A model generated the notes under the pieces. The model did not search any database. It worked only from the letters and a program-made list of their open reading frames with translations, and had not been told where the DNA came from. A DNA stretch of 64,000 nucleotides, taken from assembly GCF_964204865.1 (NCBI RefSeq), contig NC_135264.1, positions 13,888,001 to 13,952,000 of the forward strand. The letters run 5' to 3'. The position numbers and the translations under genes were made by a program. Numbering within the stretch: the first letter of the stretch is position 1; every line of letters starts with the position of its first letter. The stretch is from Styela clava (Eukaryota). Shown piece after piece: positions 22,686 to 35,473 of the stretch.

Positions 22686-25600
22686 TTATGCATATCCTTG
22701 GTTTTTCTTGATAGCTTGGCACATACAGCATGAAAATATGAGTCCCAGAATCTAAAAAGAAAAATAATGATAATTCATAATCATATAATAAAGCATTTTT
22801 ACATACCATAGAAGTTATTGTTGATATAATATATTGGGCTCACATGGGTAGGCCGAGATCTTTTGGACACAAAATGGGCCTATGGATAGTTTCGCCAAAT
22901 TATTGTTGTTGAAGTAATTGTTCTTGTTGTTAGGAAAAATGGCTGAATCTAATGGATCAATCAATTACACACTTCTGGTATATATAACTGGAAGACGTCG
23001 CTAGAAGGTAATTAGGCTACGTTGTATTTTTTTTTCTGATTTCCTCATTTTACAGTCAGGCCTGACATTTCACCAAAAATGTGTTGTTTTATTTTAACAT
23101 TTGAAAATTTTTTTTTTTCAATTTTGTCTGTTCATCTTGTTGCGAAAATAGGGGTATTAAAGGGGCTGATGAAGAGCCTTTTATAAAATTTCTGCAGAGT
23201 TTTATTCACCAAAAATGTGTTATTTTATTCAAATCAAAGAAGATTTTTAATGTGCATTGCCTGACCACCGCATTGCTTTCAATGCCCTTTGTTGAAAAAC
23301 AGAGGCATAAAATATGTCCAAACCAAACTTACCTCGATTAGCCCAATGGCGAGCCCAATTCCAGCGATGATTTCCATGTTATCAATCACAAAGTCTGTGA
23401 TTGCCTTCTGACAACTCTGTAGGTACAAAAAAAAATTTGAATATTTGAAAATTGAAAAAACGAATATCATTGTAAGTAGCAATGTCATCTTAATAAGAAA
23501 AACAAGAGACCAACGTTATGATATATGCACACGAAATTCAAAACGAATTAGTATTAATTTTTTTACAGTACTGATTGTCTGACCACTGAATCGTTGAAAT
23601 ACGATTGGATTTGCTCAAAAATGACCTTAACTGGGTAGTTTGGGCAGATTATAACTTAGACATGTACAATTTTGTGGTCTTCGGTAAAATGTCGTATGAG
23701 TGCTATAGGAATATTAGCGCAGCATGGATTTTTTGCGCTGCGTCCCGGTCGTCAGATGATATTGGGGTATCAAAACTTTGTATTTATGGCGTAAAGGTTT
23801 TTGGGCACTCCAGAAGTATTGTACCAATATGGAGGTAACTAATTTTGTTCGCCTATTTTACATCAAATTGTGTAAAGGGACTGAAACCAATGGGCAGGGG
23901 GTATATTCACTTGGCTAACACAGACAGTCACCGAACTCGTAATGGAATTAAACTAAGGAAAATCGGAATAAGATTATGGCCTAACCCTATCCTGGTACAA
24001 ATACTTCGGGAGTACCGGTTTTTATAATATGCTACGTCAATGCGTGCGAGAATATGTCAATGCTTGCATCTACGGACATGTAAAAAATGATATATGCATC
24101 TTTTTCATACACCATTATATCAGTTTCTTTAACTGCAACAAGGAGCATCAATATTAGAAGAAGGACTCTGCCGTTCCACCCGTGGCAAATATGTACGACG
24201 AAAAGTTTGGAAAAATATCTAAAGTAACATACCTTGGTGAATATAAAGTCGTACGTTTTATTTTCAGTTGGAGTACATTCGGTCGGGTAAGCCTTACATA
24301 TTGTGGCATCGGTATAAGCAGATGGATCACATTCACAGCCGTACGGATTATAAGGTGATATTTCGCCTTTCCAGTCTTGGCAGGTGTTGTTAGTCTTGCC
24401 GCAGCATTGAAACTGTAGAATTTTTTGATAAAAATAATATGAAATCATTGGAATTCATCTCAAAAACAGAATCAAATTTTAGTTACTCTTGCTTTTTCGT
24501 AATCTTAATTTTATAGAATTGTCTCAATTAAACCAATTTTAAAAAATACATACCGCCTGCTCTATATCTCTGTAAGCGTCTGCATTACTTTGTTTTGACA
24601 GATCAAACGCATCCAAGCTTGTGGCAACCGCGTCGTCGATCTAAAAATTAATAACAAATGCTTTAACTGCTTGTGTGGTCACAAAAGCAATGCACCGGCT
24701 AGATCTAATACACATTCTCCTAATAGCTGTATCTACATGTATAACGAGTTTGGATGCATGTATGACATTGGCTATATATGCATATTTGATTGTCTCTATA
24801 TGTATATTAGTCGGCTGGATATGCATATTTGGCTGTATATTCATAGCACGTTATCAACCCTATATCGGGACTCCTTATCTCCACAAGATGATTCTCCTAA
24901 CCTCCGATTAGATGTGACTTCCTCCCTCATCTATATCGGATTTTCTCTCTCAATTAAGAAAAACGAAAAATTCAAAATAAACACTACATATAGGCCTACA
25001 TATACTTACGTCGTTAAAATTAGCCAAAGCCCAGATTCCAACAGCAACTTGTAAAATGACCAGGACTAGCACACAACCAAAATACTGGAAAAATAATAAC
25101 ACTAAGTTTACAATTTAGAAGCACAGAGCGCAATTATACTAGAATTTAATAAAATCTCCAGTGGTTCCCAATCTTTCATGACTCGTGCTGCTGTTTGCAT
25201 AATAACTTTTCTCGAGTCAATATAAACTACAGTAAAACTGAAATCAGAAATAAACGTAGCCTACCAATCCCAGCAGACACGTATTTTCTTTCGATGCTCC
25301 ACAGCAACCAAGAAAGCCCAGAAGAAATGCGGCAGAGCCAGCTGCTATTAAAACATACGCTCCTGCGGATAATGAAAAATCAAAGGTAAAACAATTCAGT
25401 TTGTCAAAGTCACAGTCAATAAAATCAAGGTCAGCTTATTTACACAGCACACCTAATAGTCATTAGCGTACTTACGTAATGAGCACACGTACGTACCTTG
25501 CACGTAATTTCAATTTTGTTTTTATTTAAAAAAAAATCCATTTATGATTTCATAATATATTTCACGGAGAACAAAAAAACAATTATTGTGTTATAATGTA

Positions 25601-27307
25601 TGACAGTCCAATATGACGTCACAACAAATTCTTCACGACAGTAAAAATTACATAAACGACATTGTATTATGACGTCACGCAGTACAGAAGTACAGAACGC
25701 CAGGGACTTCACTATAAAATATATTAAATTTGGAGGATTTTCCACCCCTGCTGCCTCCCGTAAAATATCATTACATTTGATATAAAATGACAATATGAAA
25801 CATACCGCTTTCATATATCGTTATCCCAACCACTTCAACGTGTTCATTGCCGGTTTCTACGAGCCATATTCCAACTCCGAGTACAGCAGCACCACCGAGC
25901 TGAAATTGGAGCAAAATAGAATTCACAAAAATGCAGAAATTAGGTATGGAAATAACTTGTACAAGCGATGATTTATTGATGTATTTCATTTAGCCGACGC
26001 CATTAATAATAGCTCGTTATGAAATCCATCTGGTTAATGTTTGATTCACTACTTCTCTTCTCGTCCTGTCATAAATTACAAATATATAAGTGGATGAGTA
26101 TGCACTGCGTGCAGGGATAATGTAATTGCAGACATAAAAAAAGAAATCATAAATTTAATCCAGAATTCGACGATGTTATTGATTATTTAACATTTGTAAC
26201 TCCCATAGTTTTACACTGATTGTTCAAATATGCATGCAACTGCTTTTCGTGTTATAGTTGAACTATGTACGTCTGTAGAAGTCTGACCTTAGTCAGACGA
26301 AACGCTACAGAAATGTACTTGTGTGAGTGTGCAGCGAGACTATTGAATCACTTAGGATAAAAAAGAAAGTTTGAAATAATGTGAGTCCATCACATTGTAA
26401 GCATTCGAACATGTGCCTGATATTTTCTTCAATTTAAAATGAAACATGGAAAAAAGCTTTCTCCCTTTAACGATGCTATTGTACAGTGGAATGTTGTATA
26501 TATATATATATACAAAATTCGTAAAAAGATCTATCAAATCTTCGTCGTAGATAAATAACAAGAGGGAAAATAAATACAAGAACAAAAGTTATTGAAGTGT
26601 TCCCATATACTATAAAATAGTATCTCAAATATCGGTTACCATAGGACTCCGAGGAAAAATGAAAAATCGCCTTCTAGTTGTGGCAACTGACTATGATGAA
26701 TCCCAATGGTCGTATCGTTGCCTCCCGGCCATAAACCGAAAGCAATTTTTATGGCGCTCCGAATGTATGTGCACCAAGATGACGCACAACATGAACCCTA
26801 ACCTGGTACACTTAATATGATCAGGTTGTGCGCCATCATGGTACGCATACTTCGGGAGCACCTTTTTTATTTATAATTAATCTCTATATATATGTATGCA
26901 TATTTAGTGTTTTCTTGATTTGGCAAATAAAACAAACTCTCTCGAGTTTTTTTCTCCTCTTTTGCGTACTGAACAATCAAAATTGATAAGTTTATTTCTG
27001 GTGCAGGAAAGCGATTTTCCGAACAACATCAGAAATTTAGAAAATAGCTCCACATATACATTTCGTGCCCAGTTAATAAAAGAGTGAAAAGTATTTTATC
27101 GTCCAAATAGGGTTAACTGGCAATATTAAAGTAATTTTATTTCTGTTGCTTTTTTTCGCATTGATGACTGAATGTAATTTAGTTAACGAAATAATTATCT
27201 CTCTCTCTTTCTTGAAAAATCCAATTTGAAGCCAGGAAAAATCAACATACCCACAACACAAAATTGAAAGCAAAAAGAAGATACTTCGCCATTGAGAACC
27301 AGCACAT
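22686..27307 (-). CDS. Tetraspanin, 8 coding exons, ~246 aa
   Basis: Exons 27307-27251 ([19 protein letters not shown]), 25899-25806 ([13 protein letters not shown]), 25362-25265 ([19 protein letters not shown]), 25084-25010, 24640-24554, 24412-24233 (FQCCG, large extracellular loop), 23416-23333, 22751-22686 ([21 protein letters not shown]). Four TM helices plus the CCG motif. Candidate polyA signal at 21968-21973. Confidence 0.95.
23804..24016 (+). mobile_element. ~215-bp GG..CC MITE family A (Merlin-like by termini and TSD length)
   Basis: TIRs GGCACTCCAGAAGTA..TGTACCA / TGGTACA..TACTTCGGGAGTACC; TSD ggtttttg/ggttttta. Confidence 0.75.
24694..24845. repeat. Degenerate ~21-bp minisatellite (TTGGCTGTATATGCATATG-like)
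   Basis: Repeated TGGCT.TATATGCATAT units; same unit as 56749-56920. Confidence 0.6.
26221..26357 (+). repeat. Copy of the hammerhead-bearing dispersed repeat with a mutated core
   Basis: Collinear with 35040-35174(-) but reads CTGTAGA and GAAACGCT, so two conserved core positions are changed. Confidence 0.7.
26753..26862. mobile_element. Short (~110 bp) palindromic MITE sharing family-A TIRs
   Basis: GGCGCTCCGAATGTATGTGCACCAAGATG...CATCATGGTACGCATACTTCGGGAGCACC; TSD atttttat/ttttttat. Confidence 0.7.
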
Positions 27308-28623
27308 GATTATTGTTAAATGTTTCTATTTAGTAAAACTAAAATTTATATTTCTGCAGAAAATAAGAAAATTAATATTATAAAAAAATTCTAGCCATAT
27401 GATTTATATATAGCCTATAATAAAAATCTTAATTTCAAAAAAATCCTAAAATTGAAGTAATTTCGAAATTTATGATTTTGGTTTAGTGCAAGAAATGCAA
27501 GTGAGACTGAAAGTTGTTGCGATAACAATATAATAACATCAGTATAACCAAAAACTTGGATTTCGCTGATCTGCTTCAAGTAGTCCCGCGTCTTTCGAAA
27601 GTTACTGTTGCGTAATTCACCACAATCACTCGAAAGAGTTACAGTAACTCTTAGCATTTGAGTGGTTGCCATAACTACGAACAGAGATGAGTCATTCTCC
27701 TTCACTTTGGAGTGAGCGCGCGTTAACTTGCTCTGAGAAAGTGCTCTTTAAAATGAAATAAAAAATAAAAAAGTCAAATGAAAATCATAATCAACGATCC
27801 TTTTCAACGAAGAAATCTAAGCTTAAAAAAGACATGAACTGAACTATTCACGTACAGAAAAACATTTGCGCGTTAAACAAAATTTCTCGGGTTTTACGTT
27901 ACTTACTGACATAAGACTGAGTAAATCAACTAAGTTTTTAGAAATGAAACTTAAAGGGACCTTTTGTACTAACTCCCCGCCACAAATGCAAAAATGCGAG
28001 ATTCGATGAAACACCTTAGTAATTATTCAGTCAGGGCTAGGGCGAGGAATGATTTGAAACTTTAAATTACCAGCGCAATCTGCATTGCTAACCCTAACTG
28101 AAAAGGTAATTACTGGTTATTTTGTATAAGCTGAAAGAAAAAGTTAAAAGTCATATATATATATATATACATGGTTGGGGTGCGTTCACTCTGCCTATTT
28201 GTTAATGGAAAAGCATGCATTGGATATCGTAGAAAAATCGAAACGGCTATATTGAGTGCTCAAAATATCAAACTTTTCCAAATTTTATTTTATAACTTAT
28301 CGTCTAACTCTAAAGTCTAAACAAAATTATATTTTTCCAGACGATCAGTTTACAACACTATTGTTTTGTTGATGAAGTCTGAAGTTAAAAAATAAAAAAC
28401 GGTGAAAATTCGATGCAAAGTATTTAACCACTCAAAACATTATAATAGGAAAATTTAAAGAAAACCGTATATTACTCAAAATATGGGTATAGCTACTTAA
28501 AGCATCTACTTTTTAAATATTATTTTCCGAACGACTGTGTCATATATCACAACAGTTTAGTAAAATGTCAGTTCACTTGTAGTGTAATCTTTCACCTTAC
28601 TTTTAGATACATAAACCACTTTC

Positions 28624-28734
28624 GAACCTCCTGAAGTATGCGCACCAAGATGGCGCACAACCTGAACTCAGGTTGTGTACTAGGTTAGGGTTCAGGGTTA
28701 TGCGACATCTTGGTGCGCATACTTCAGGAATACC
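28624..28734. mobile_element. Short palindromic MITE (same subfamily as 26753)
   Basis: CTCCTGAAGTATGCGCACCAAGATG / CATCTTGGTGCGCATACTTCAGGA; TSD ccactttc/ccactttt. Confidence 0.7.
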
Positions 28735-30861
28735 CCACTTTTGCCTTATATTGAATTCCTAATAAACTGTGCGCTGCAACTAGGTTGCTTCTTCTGTTTG
28801 TAGGTGGTAATTAATATTGATGCCGCTTCCTCTATTAGCGCGAAAACTTGTAAATTTTTAATGAACTTTATTAATATTTTAGTTTTCCTCGACAAAACGG
28901 AATTCAATATTATGATTTTCTCGCTGCGACAAGAAGAGATTTTGTTTTCGGTTTCAGGGTATTTACGAATTAGTAGATATCTTTTTATATGAAAGGGTAG
29001 TAATCTTTAAAACAGAATTAGTCAACTTTAATACAGTAAATTGAAATTATTGTAAGATTAAAATTGTTGACTAAAAAATATAAAAATCTTATACTACAGA
29101 ACTACATTAATGAAAAACAGGAAAAAATCTTTGAACCAAAGAAAAATTCAGATAAAATTTTTTATTTCTGACTTTACCAAATATTATCTATATGCACCGT
29201 TAACTGTAAGCTGGTAAGTTCTAATGCCTGAAAGCACATTTACACAGTGATAAGAGACAATCTGTTTCCTGGAAAACAAAATTAATTACCAACTGCCCAA
29301 AGTAAACGATATATCGGAGCTATGTTTATAACCTTTTACATCATGTATGTTATGAGGGTCTCGCAGTGGCGGGTCACATTCGACCGAGGCTATTTCGACC
29401 GTTTCAGTATCTCAGAGTGTAGATTGATATTTTTAAAAAATGAATCATTTATTTCGCACACAAGGCGGGAGTCACGAGATTTTTACGAAATACTATTAAT
29501 TATTGTCTAAATGCAGGACAATATTAATCGCTAAGTAAATTTGTCTTCGTCTCAAAATTTCAACAATATGTGTACTTTGTCCCTACGTTGCTACAATATT
29601 GCAAAACGTTCTATTTCAAATCTTACAATTTCATATATATTATATCTTCTTTCGTTTTACAGCCAAAAACAGACTTCTACGAAAACTAAGAGAGTTTAAC
29701 TAACACACAAAGGGCAATTCGCGCAAACGTTCTGTTCTCTTGATTATGTTTCAAATAACCTTAGTTCGGTATTTAGTCAACCTGTTCGTTTTGTCATTTT
29801 TTTTGTTCTACTAGAATGGCATTTATTTATACATTTGCTTTAAAATGCTCTACAAGAAGTAGCCATTTCTGATTTGGACGTAATGAAATTAGGTGGATGA
29901 ACTCCAATTGAAAATATTTTGTTTCTTTTGAAATTATAGTGAAATCACTGCTCGACTGTATGGAGTTTTGTACTGAACGTTGAAAATTTCATAAAATTCC
30001 TTTTCCACTCCATGTGAGTGAGTAGAATTGAGATAAAAATGATTGATCTGAGCGGAGGACATAACTATTTGTTGGCGTTATAGGGTAAAGTTATGCGAGG
30101 TCCGGATTATTCAAAGCAGATGTGTGAAAAATTCATCGTGAAAAATATAAGAAGGCGCGCTACTTTTGAAGCCATGTCGCACACAAACACAATTTTAATG
30201 AAACATGATGATATTTTCCGTAAACTATCTGCAAATTGGAAACCTTCGATGTAATTTTCTCAAATATCAATGAGAATAAGAATTATTTATTGGAATAAAA
30301 GTTACATTGATAGAAGAAAACGCTAAATGTTTGTTTGGCCATGTCACTGACCTTTGCTTGCTTGGTACTAAAACTATATAATTTATGACACCAGCTCATG
30401 TGATGAAATATTTTAATTATTCAGTCTCTTCTATGTTCAATCTTTTCCTAGATGTTTGATCAACATAACGAGCTAATTAACTTCGATAGCAAGGTGTATC
30501 ATCTACTAGATCTAGAGGAAACGCCTTTCCCGTTCATTAAAAAAATAATCAGAAGGAGAATAGATTGGAAGACGAATTTTACCGTTTGTTACGTTTATTT
30601 GTTTATAACGTTTACGTTTATAAGATACCAGCGTTGAATACAAGTCCCTGAAGCACGAGTCACGTGACATGGGCCATCCGATTCGAGTGTGAAACCAAAG
30701 ACGAGTCAAACCAATCTCTAAGTTAAATTTTGCTGACGGATAAATGAAGAGCGGCCAAAGTTATTGTATTCAAGTGACTCAAATCACTCCGAATTGTAAT
30801 AAATGTTGTCCTATCAACAGCTGATCGACATTGAATTAAGGGACCTTACTCTAATTATCGC

Positions 30862-31056
30862 GTATACTCTCGTAGTATGTGCAACAAGATGGTGGGCACC
30901 GGGTCGTAGTATGTGTACCAGGTTAGGGTTAGGCCATAATTTCAGGTACAAATACTACGGGAGTCACTTGACTAGTCCCCTAACTCGTAATAGAACTAAA
31001 ATGAGGAAAATTGGGATGAAATTATGGCCTAATCCTAACCTGGTACACATACTATG
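30862..31056. mobile_element. Family-A-related MITE variant B (internal inverted GGTTAGGGTTAGGCCATAATTT arm)
   Basis: Collinear with 62693-62879. Confidence 0.65.
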
Positions 31057-31814
31057 CCACATACTAGTTCGCGGAATTGTATTTGCCAAGTTAGACCAAA
31101 ACAGCTGGCGGGTCCGGACAAACGGAAAACGTGTGTTTTCATAAGTCTTGAGAGTAAAATAGTTCAAAGCTACGAAAAATTGCTATGTATATGATACAGA
31201 AAGATTCTTTTATTTTTTTACATTTTAAAAGGGAGGGGTTCCGACCCCCAAAACCACCCCCTGTGCTTACGTATGGGTTACCTACCCAAAGTCTTGTTAT
31301 GAGAGTTCTAATATTTCTATCAAAAACTAACTGAGTACTAAACTGCTCTCGATACCAAGCATAGATTGGTAACTAAACGAACGTACGTGGTACTGCATAT
31401 TTTTTTTCAATGCTTTTCTTCGAATTATTAACACCACTATGGAACCTGCCATCTATATAATTAGGACGTCGTCAATATTTATACAAACACACAAACAATT
31501 TTGCTTGTTTAATGATGATGACGAGTCACGAGTGAGTATGACGCGCTAGGTATTTCAATACTTTTATCACTATATGATATTTAATATACAAACGAATAAA
31601 TCAGTTGAAATCCTGAACACATAATAAACTATTTAATTAAACTGTAGAAAAACGAAAGTGTGACTTATGCATAACACTAGTGAAGGATCCATTAAAGATT
31701 GAACAAATAAAGTAGTTTTATGCATAGGGAGAGAGGGAGGAATGAAGATTTCAAAATACGCAAAGGGAGGAATTTAACAAAAAAGTTTGGGAACCACCAT
31801 GATAGTTTCCTACG

Positions 31815-31999
31815 GGCGCTCCAGAAGTGTGTGTACCAATATGAAGGTAACTAGTTTTGTTCGCCTACGTTACATCAAGTTGTGTGAAAGGACTGAAACT
31901 TATGGACAGGGGGTATGTTTACTTGGCTAACACAGACAGTCCACGAGCTCGTAATAGAACTAAAATAAGAAACATCGGAATAAAATAATGGCCAAATCT
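31815..31999 (+). mobile_element. MITE family A, 3'-truncated
   Basis: GGCGCTCCAGAAGTGTGTGTACCAATATG...CACAGACAGTC...AATAGAACTAAAATAAG. Confidence 0.75.
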
Positions 32000-33193
32000 A
32001 TGTAGCTGTAGGGCTTATTTTCAGAGCGAGTGTGTGGAATAATTCATATGCTCACTGGTTTCCGCGTATGTTTAGACAATTACTTTAAAATTGCAGTGCA
32101 GTTTATCTTGTTTTTATTCATAATTTTATCGCTACTCAGTGACCTATTTTTGTCTGGCGAAATTAATCTCATAGATATCTTTCATTTTTATTTGTTAAAT
32201 TTTAACCCAACCAATTTGTGCGGGTAAAATAGGAGAAAGGGAATAATATGTCACGAGTGGCACAATTGCTACTTGATTTTAACATGAATAGCGTTCTATC
32301 AGAAATGATTTTTGTATCTTGTCAATGATTTAGACATCAACCGTCTGTAAGAGAAATATCCCCCTTCTTAGATGAAATTTACACAGCACTAAAATATCGA
32401 GTTTAGCAAATAATGTTAATATTTCGTGTCTCGTGCCAAGAGATGAAAGAAACATGGGTGTTGACTAGGTAAAATAAAGAGACACAACGTAATACATGCT
32501 GTAGTTATAAATCATAACGAAGCGCCCTGTAAAAAATGGTATTCAAATATAACCATATATTCTATTACGTCATAAGCACACTTTAGCAAACCGAATACAG
32601 TGCTATTTATATGTCCCATATGTAGTGAATATCTTTAAACAGTACGGCTAAAAATAAATTTTATTTAGATGAGAAGGCACTTGCATTTTCGTGAGACATT
32701 TATAACTCATAGTATAAAATCGTTCATAATTATGAAAGACGATACGCCAATGTACAAATTCGGGAATAAACATTGATCTACATTCTACATGAACCGACTG
32801 AAAAGTGAAACCCTCTCATAAGCATGATGTAAAAAATAACTATGAGTAAATAAGGACCAATGCTTACAACATTCGGTGACACCGAAATTGCTCTTTTTGA
32901 CATTTTCAACAAGTTTTAACAAAAACTTTTATTGTGAAAATAACAAATTAATTTTTGAATGGTTATTGTCTATTTTATCATATAAATATAACATCACAAG
33001 TTTCAAACAAATATTAACACCTTTTCATTAAACATGGCGGCTCAGAGTAGTAAGTTGAATATTACTTTGGAAATTTTGAAAACTGAAAGTGGTTAACCGC
33101 AAATTTCCCGACCCCACTAAATTCAAAAAATATTCGATTGAAGCTTGAACTGATCACAAAATCAGGTAACATGTGCCATCTGGTCTAAAACAG

Positions 33194-33397
33194 GGTACTC
33201 TCGAAGTATGTGTACCATGTTAGGGTTACGCCATAATTTTATTCCGATTTTCCCTATTTTAGTTCTATTACGAGTTCGGGGACTGTTTCTGAATATAACC
33301 CCTGCCTATAGGTTTTTGTCCCTTTTACACAACTTGATGTAAAGTAGGCGAACAAAGTAAGTTACCTTCATATTGGTACACATACTACTGAAGCGCC
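33194..33397 (-). mobile_element. MITE family A
   Basis: Reverse complement of the 23804 copy. Confidence 0.75.
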
Positions 33398-34080
33398 CAC
33401 AACAGTAATGGCTGAGATTGATGTTTAAATAAAAAATTACTGTCTAATGTTTGTAAATCCAAGCTGGTCTGGTTTAAACCCAATCTGTGACGAAAACCCT
33501 GTTTCTAGACTCATTACTCTGTGTGCATGGGATTTGTCTGCTTGGCGATAAATTGGGAAATGAAATTATTTCGTTTCGCGTGCACGAGTTTTTAAAATTA
33601 TATATACTTACGTCTTAAATTTATCATATTACCTTTGCGTTATCCCACATAGTCGCAACATGATAATACACAAACGCACCACGCTAAAATTCAAATTTTG
33701 AGATGAAAACCAAAACTGATCGTATATTGTACTATGAATATATATTGTAACATTAGCCAACAATATTCAGAAATGAACAGGGATACGTAAAATAATTTAT
33801 CGCAAAAATAGGTTTATAAACTGTTATTCTGAAAGCAAGCACACACTTGAAAATTCACAATAATTTCTGGAGATTTACAAAAGTGTATTATACGGGTTAA
33901 ATTTCATATCCATACCATACTTCGAGACATTTTATCCCGTTGATAAACGAAAACGTGTAGGATAATCGTTTTCGATCTATGCGTGGTTGAAAACCGAAAG
34001 ATACAAAGGTTCGAGAATAGGTTTCTGTATATAAGTACGGAATCGTCTTTTAATTTGTATTTGTGAGCTTGTTTGAGTTC

Positions 34081-34293
34081 AGTAATCCTATAAGTATGCA
34101 CCAGGTTAGAGTTAGGCCATAATTTTATTCCGATTTTCATTATTTTAGTTCTATTACGAGTTTGGTGACTGTCTGTGTTAGCCAAGTGAATTTACCCCCT
34201 GCCCATAGGTTTCAGTTCCTTTACACAACTTGATGTAAAGTAGGCGAACAAAATTAGTTATCACCATATTAATACACACACTTCTTGAGCGCC
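34081..34293 (-). mobile_element. MITE family A
   Basis: Reverse-complement copy; forms an inverted pair with 34419-34638. Confidence 0.75.
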
Positions 34294-34418
34294 TCAATGT
34301 GTATGTAGACTTGTAATTAGAAATAATGAATAAAATAAAAGCATTCGTTTGGGTCATTAGTGGATCTTATGACTGACTACATTTGTGCATTTTTTTAAAG
34401 ATCATTTATTGTTTTTTT

Positions 34419-34638
34419 GGCGCACCAGAAGTGTGTGTACCAAAATGGAGGTAACTAATTTTGCCTTTTTCACATCAAGTTGTGTAAAGGGACGTAAGTA
34501 GGCTACAGTATATGGGCAGGGGGTATATTCACTTGGCTAACACATACAGTCCCCGAACTCGTAATAGAAGTAAAATACGGGAACTCGGAATAAAATTATG
34601 GCGTAACCCTAACTTGGTTCACATACTACGGGATTACC
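34419..34638 (+). mobile_element. MITE family A
   Basis: GGCGCACCAGAAGTGTGTGTACC...CATACTACGGGATTACC. Confidence 0.75.
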
Positions 34639-34986
34639 CTTTTATTTATTATTATTTTAACACATGTAAGTTTTTAAAACAACGATATATGTATGTGGGA
34701 AGTATGAATCATCGTAGCTTCCGTAAGTGTCAGTCACAGACAACACGCAAAAGGGCTCACATAACAAGACAGTGAAAGTGTTTACGAAACACATATATGA
34801 CTTGGTAAAACTGAACTTGCGAGTATTAGTTGTTTTTCATGTATGGGGGAAATAGGATGGCAACAAGAGCAGAGTTTGTTATATTCTGGCTAAAATAACA
34901 CCACACACGCAGAAACAGCATATCAGATACGTTTATGATTTGTTTTTTTGCAAGACTATCTCTTTCTTCTATGCTTTTGTGTCGAT

Positions 34987-35250
34987 GGGTCCGTATGTAT
35001 ATAATGCAAGGATGCTGTAGCAAGAGTGAAGATAACTATGCTACGTGATTCAAGAGTCTTGCTGCACACTAACACAAATATATTTCTGTAACGTTTCGTC
35101 TGACCAAGGTCAGACTTCTTCAGACATACATAGTTCAACTATAACAAGGAAAGCAGTTGCATGCATATTTAAACCAATGTGCAGCAAGACTCACTTAGGA
35201 TAGTTATAGTTACTATTGCTACAGCATCCTTGCAGTATATACAAACGGAT
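34987..35250. repeat. Hammerhead-bearing repeat (34987-35174, minus) plus inverted partial copy (35178-35250, plus)
   Basis: TGTGCAGCAAGACTC...TTGCTACAGCATCCTTGCA occurs in both orientations flanking the ribozyme. Confidence 0.7.
35086..35128 (-). ncRNA. Minimal type-I hammerhead ribozyme (Penelope-like-element type), best-preserved copy
   Basis: Minus strand: UGU-CUGAAGA-A-GUCUGAC-CUUG-GUCAGAC-GAAAC-GUU-ACAG. Intact CUGANGA/GAAA core, perfect 7-bp stem II, loopless palindromic stem III, short stem I UGU/ACA. Confidence 0.75.
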
Positions 35251-35473
35251 CTTAGGTCAGATGCGTTTTTTAGCGAATATGTTAAGCCAAAGTGTGTGTC
35301 TGTCGGTGTCGTCAATAATTTCAAGTTAACTAGTATTACGCTGTTAAATTGTGAAATATGAAATCTCAAAAATGCTAGATGCATTAATATATATATTTTT
35401 TCATAGTAAATACTTAAAGTATAACCCAGAGTAACACGTATAGCATTTGTTTTTAATATCTACAAAGCTAAAC

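Noticed and set aside
23845-24027. Recurrent ORFs containing [11 protein letters not shown] (also 30803, 33904, 34512, 42340, 56183)
   Set aside because: Chance translations of MITE family A/B; frames and stops differ between copies.
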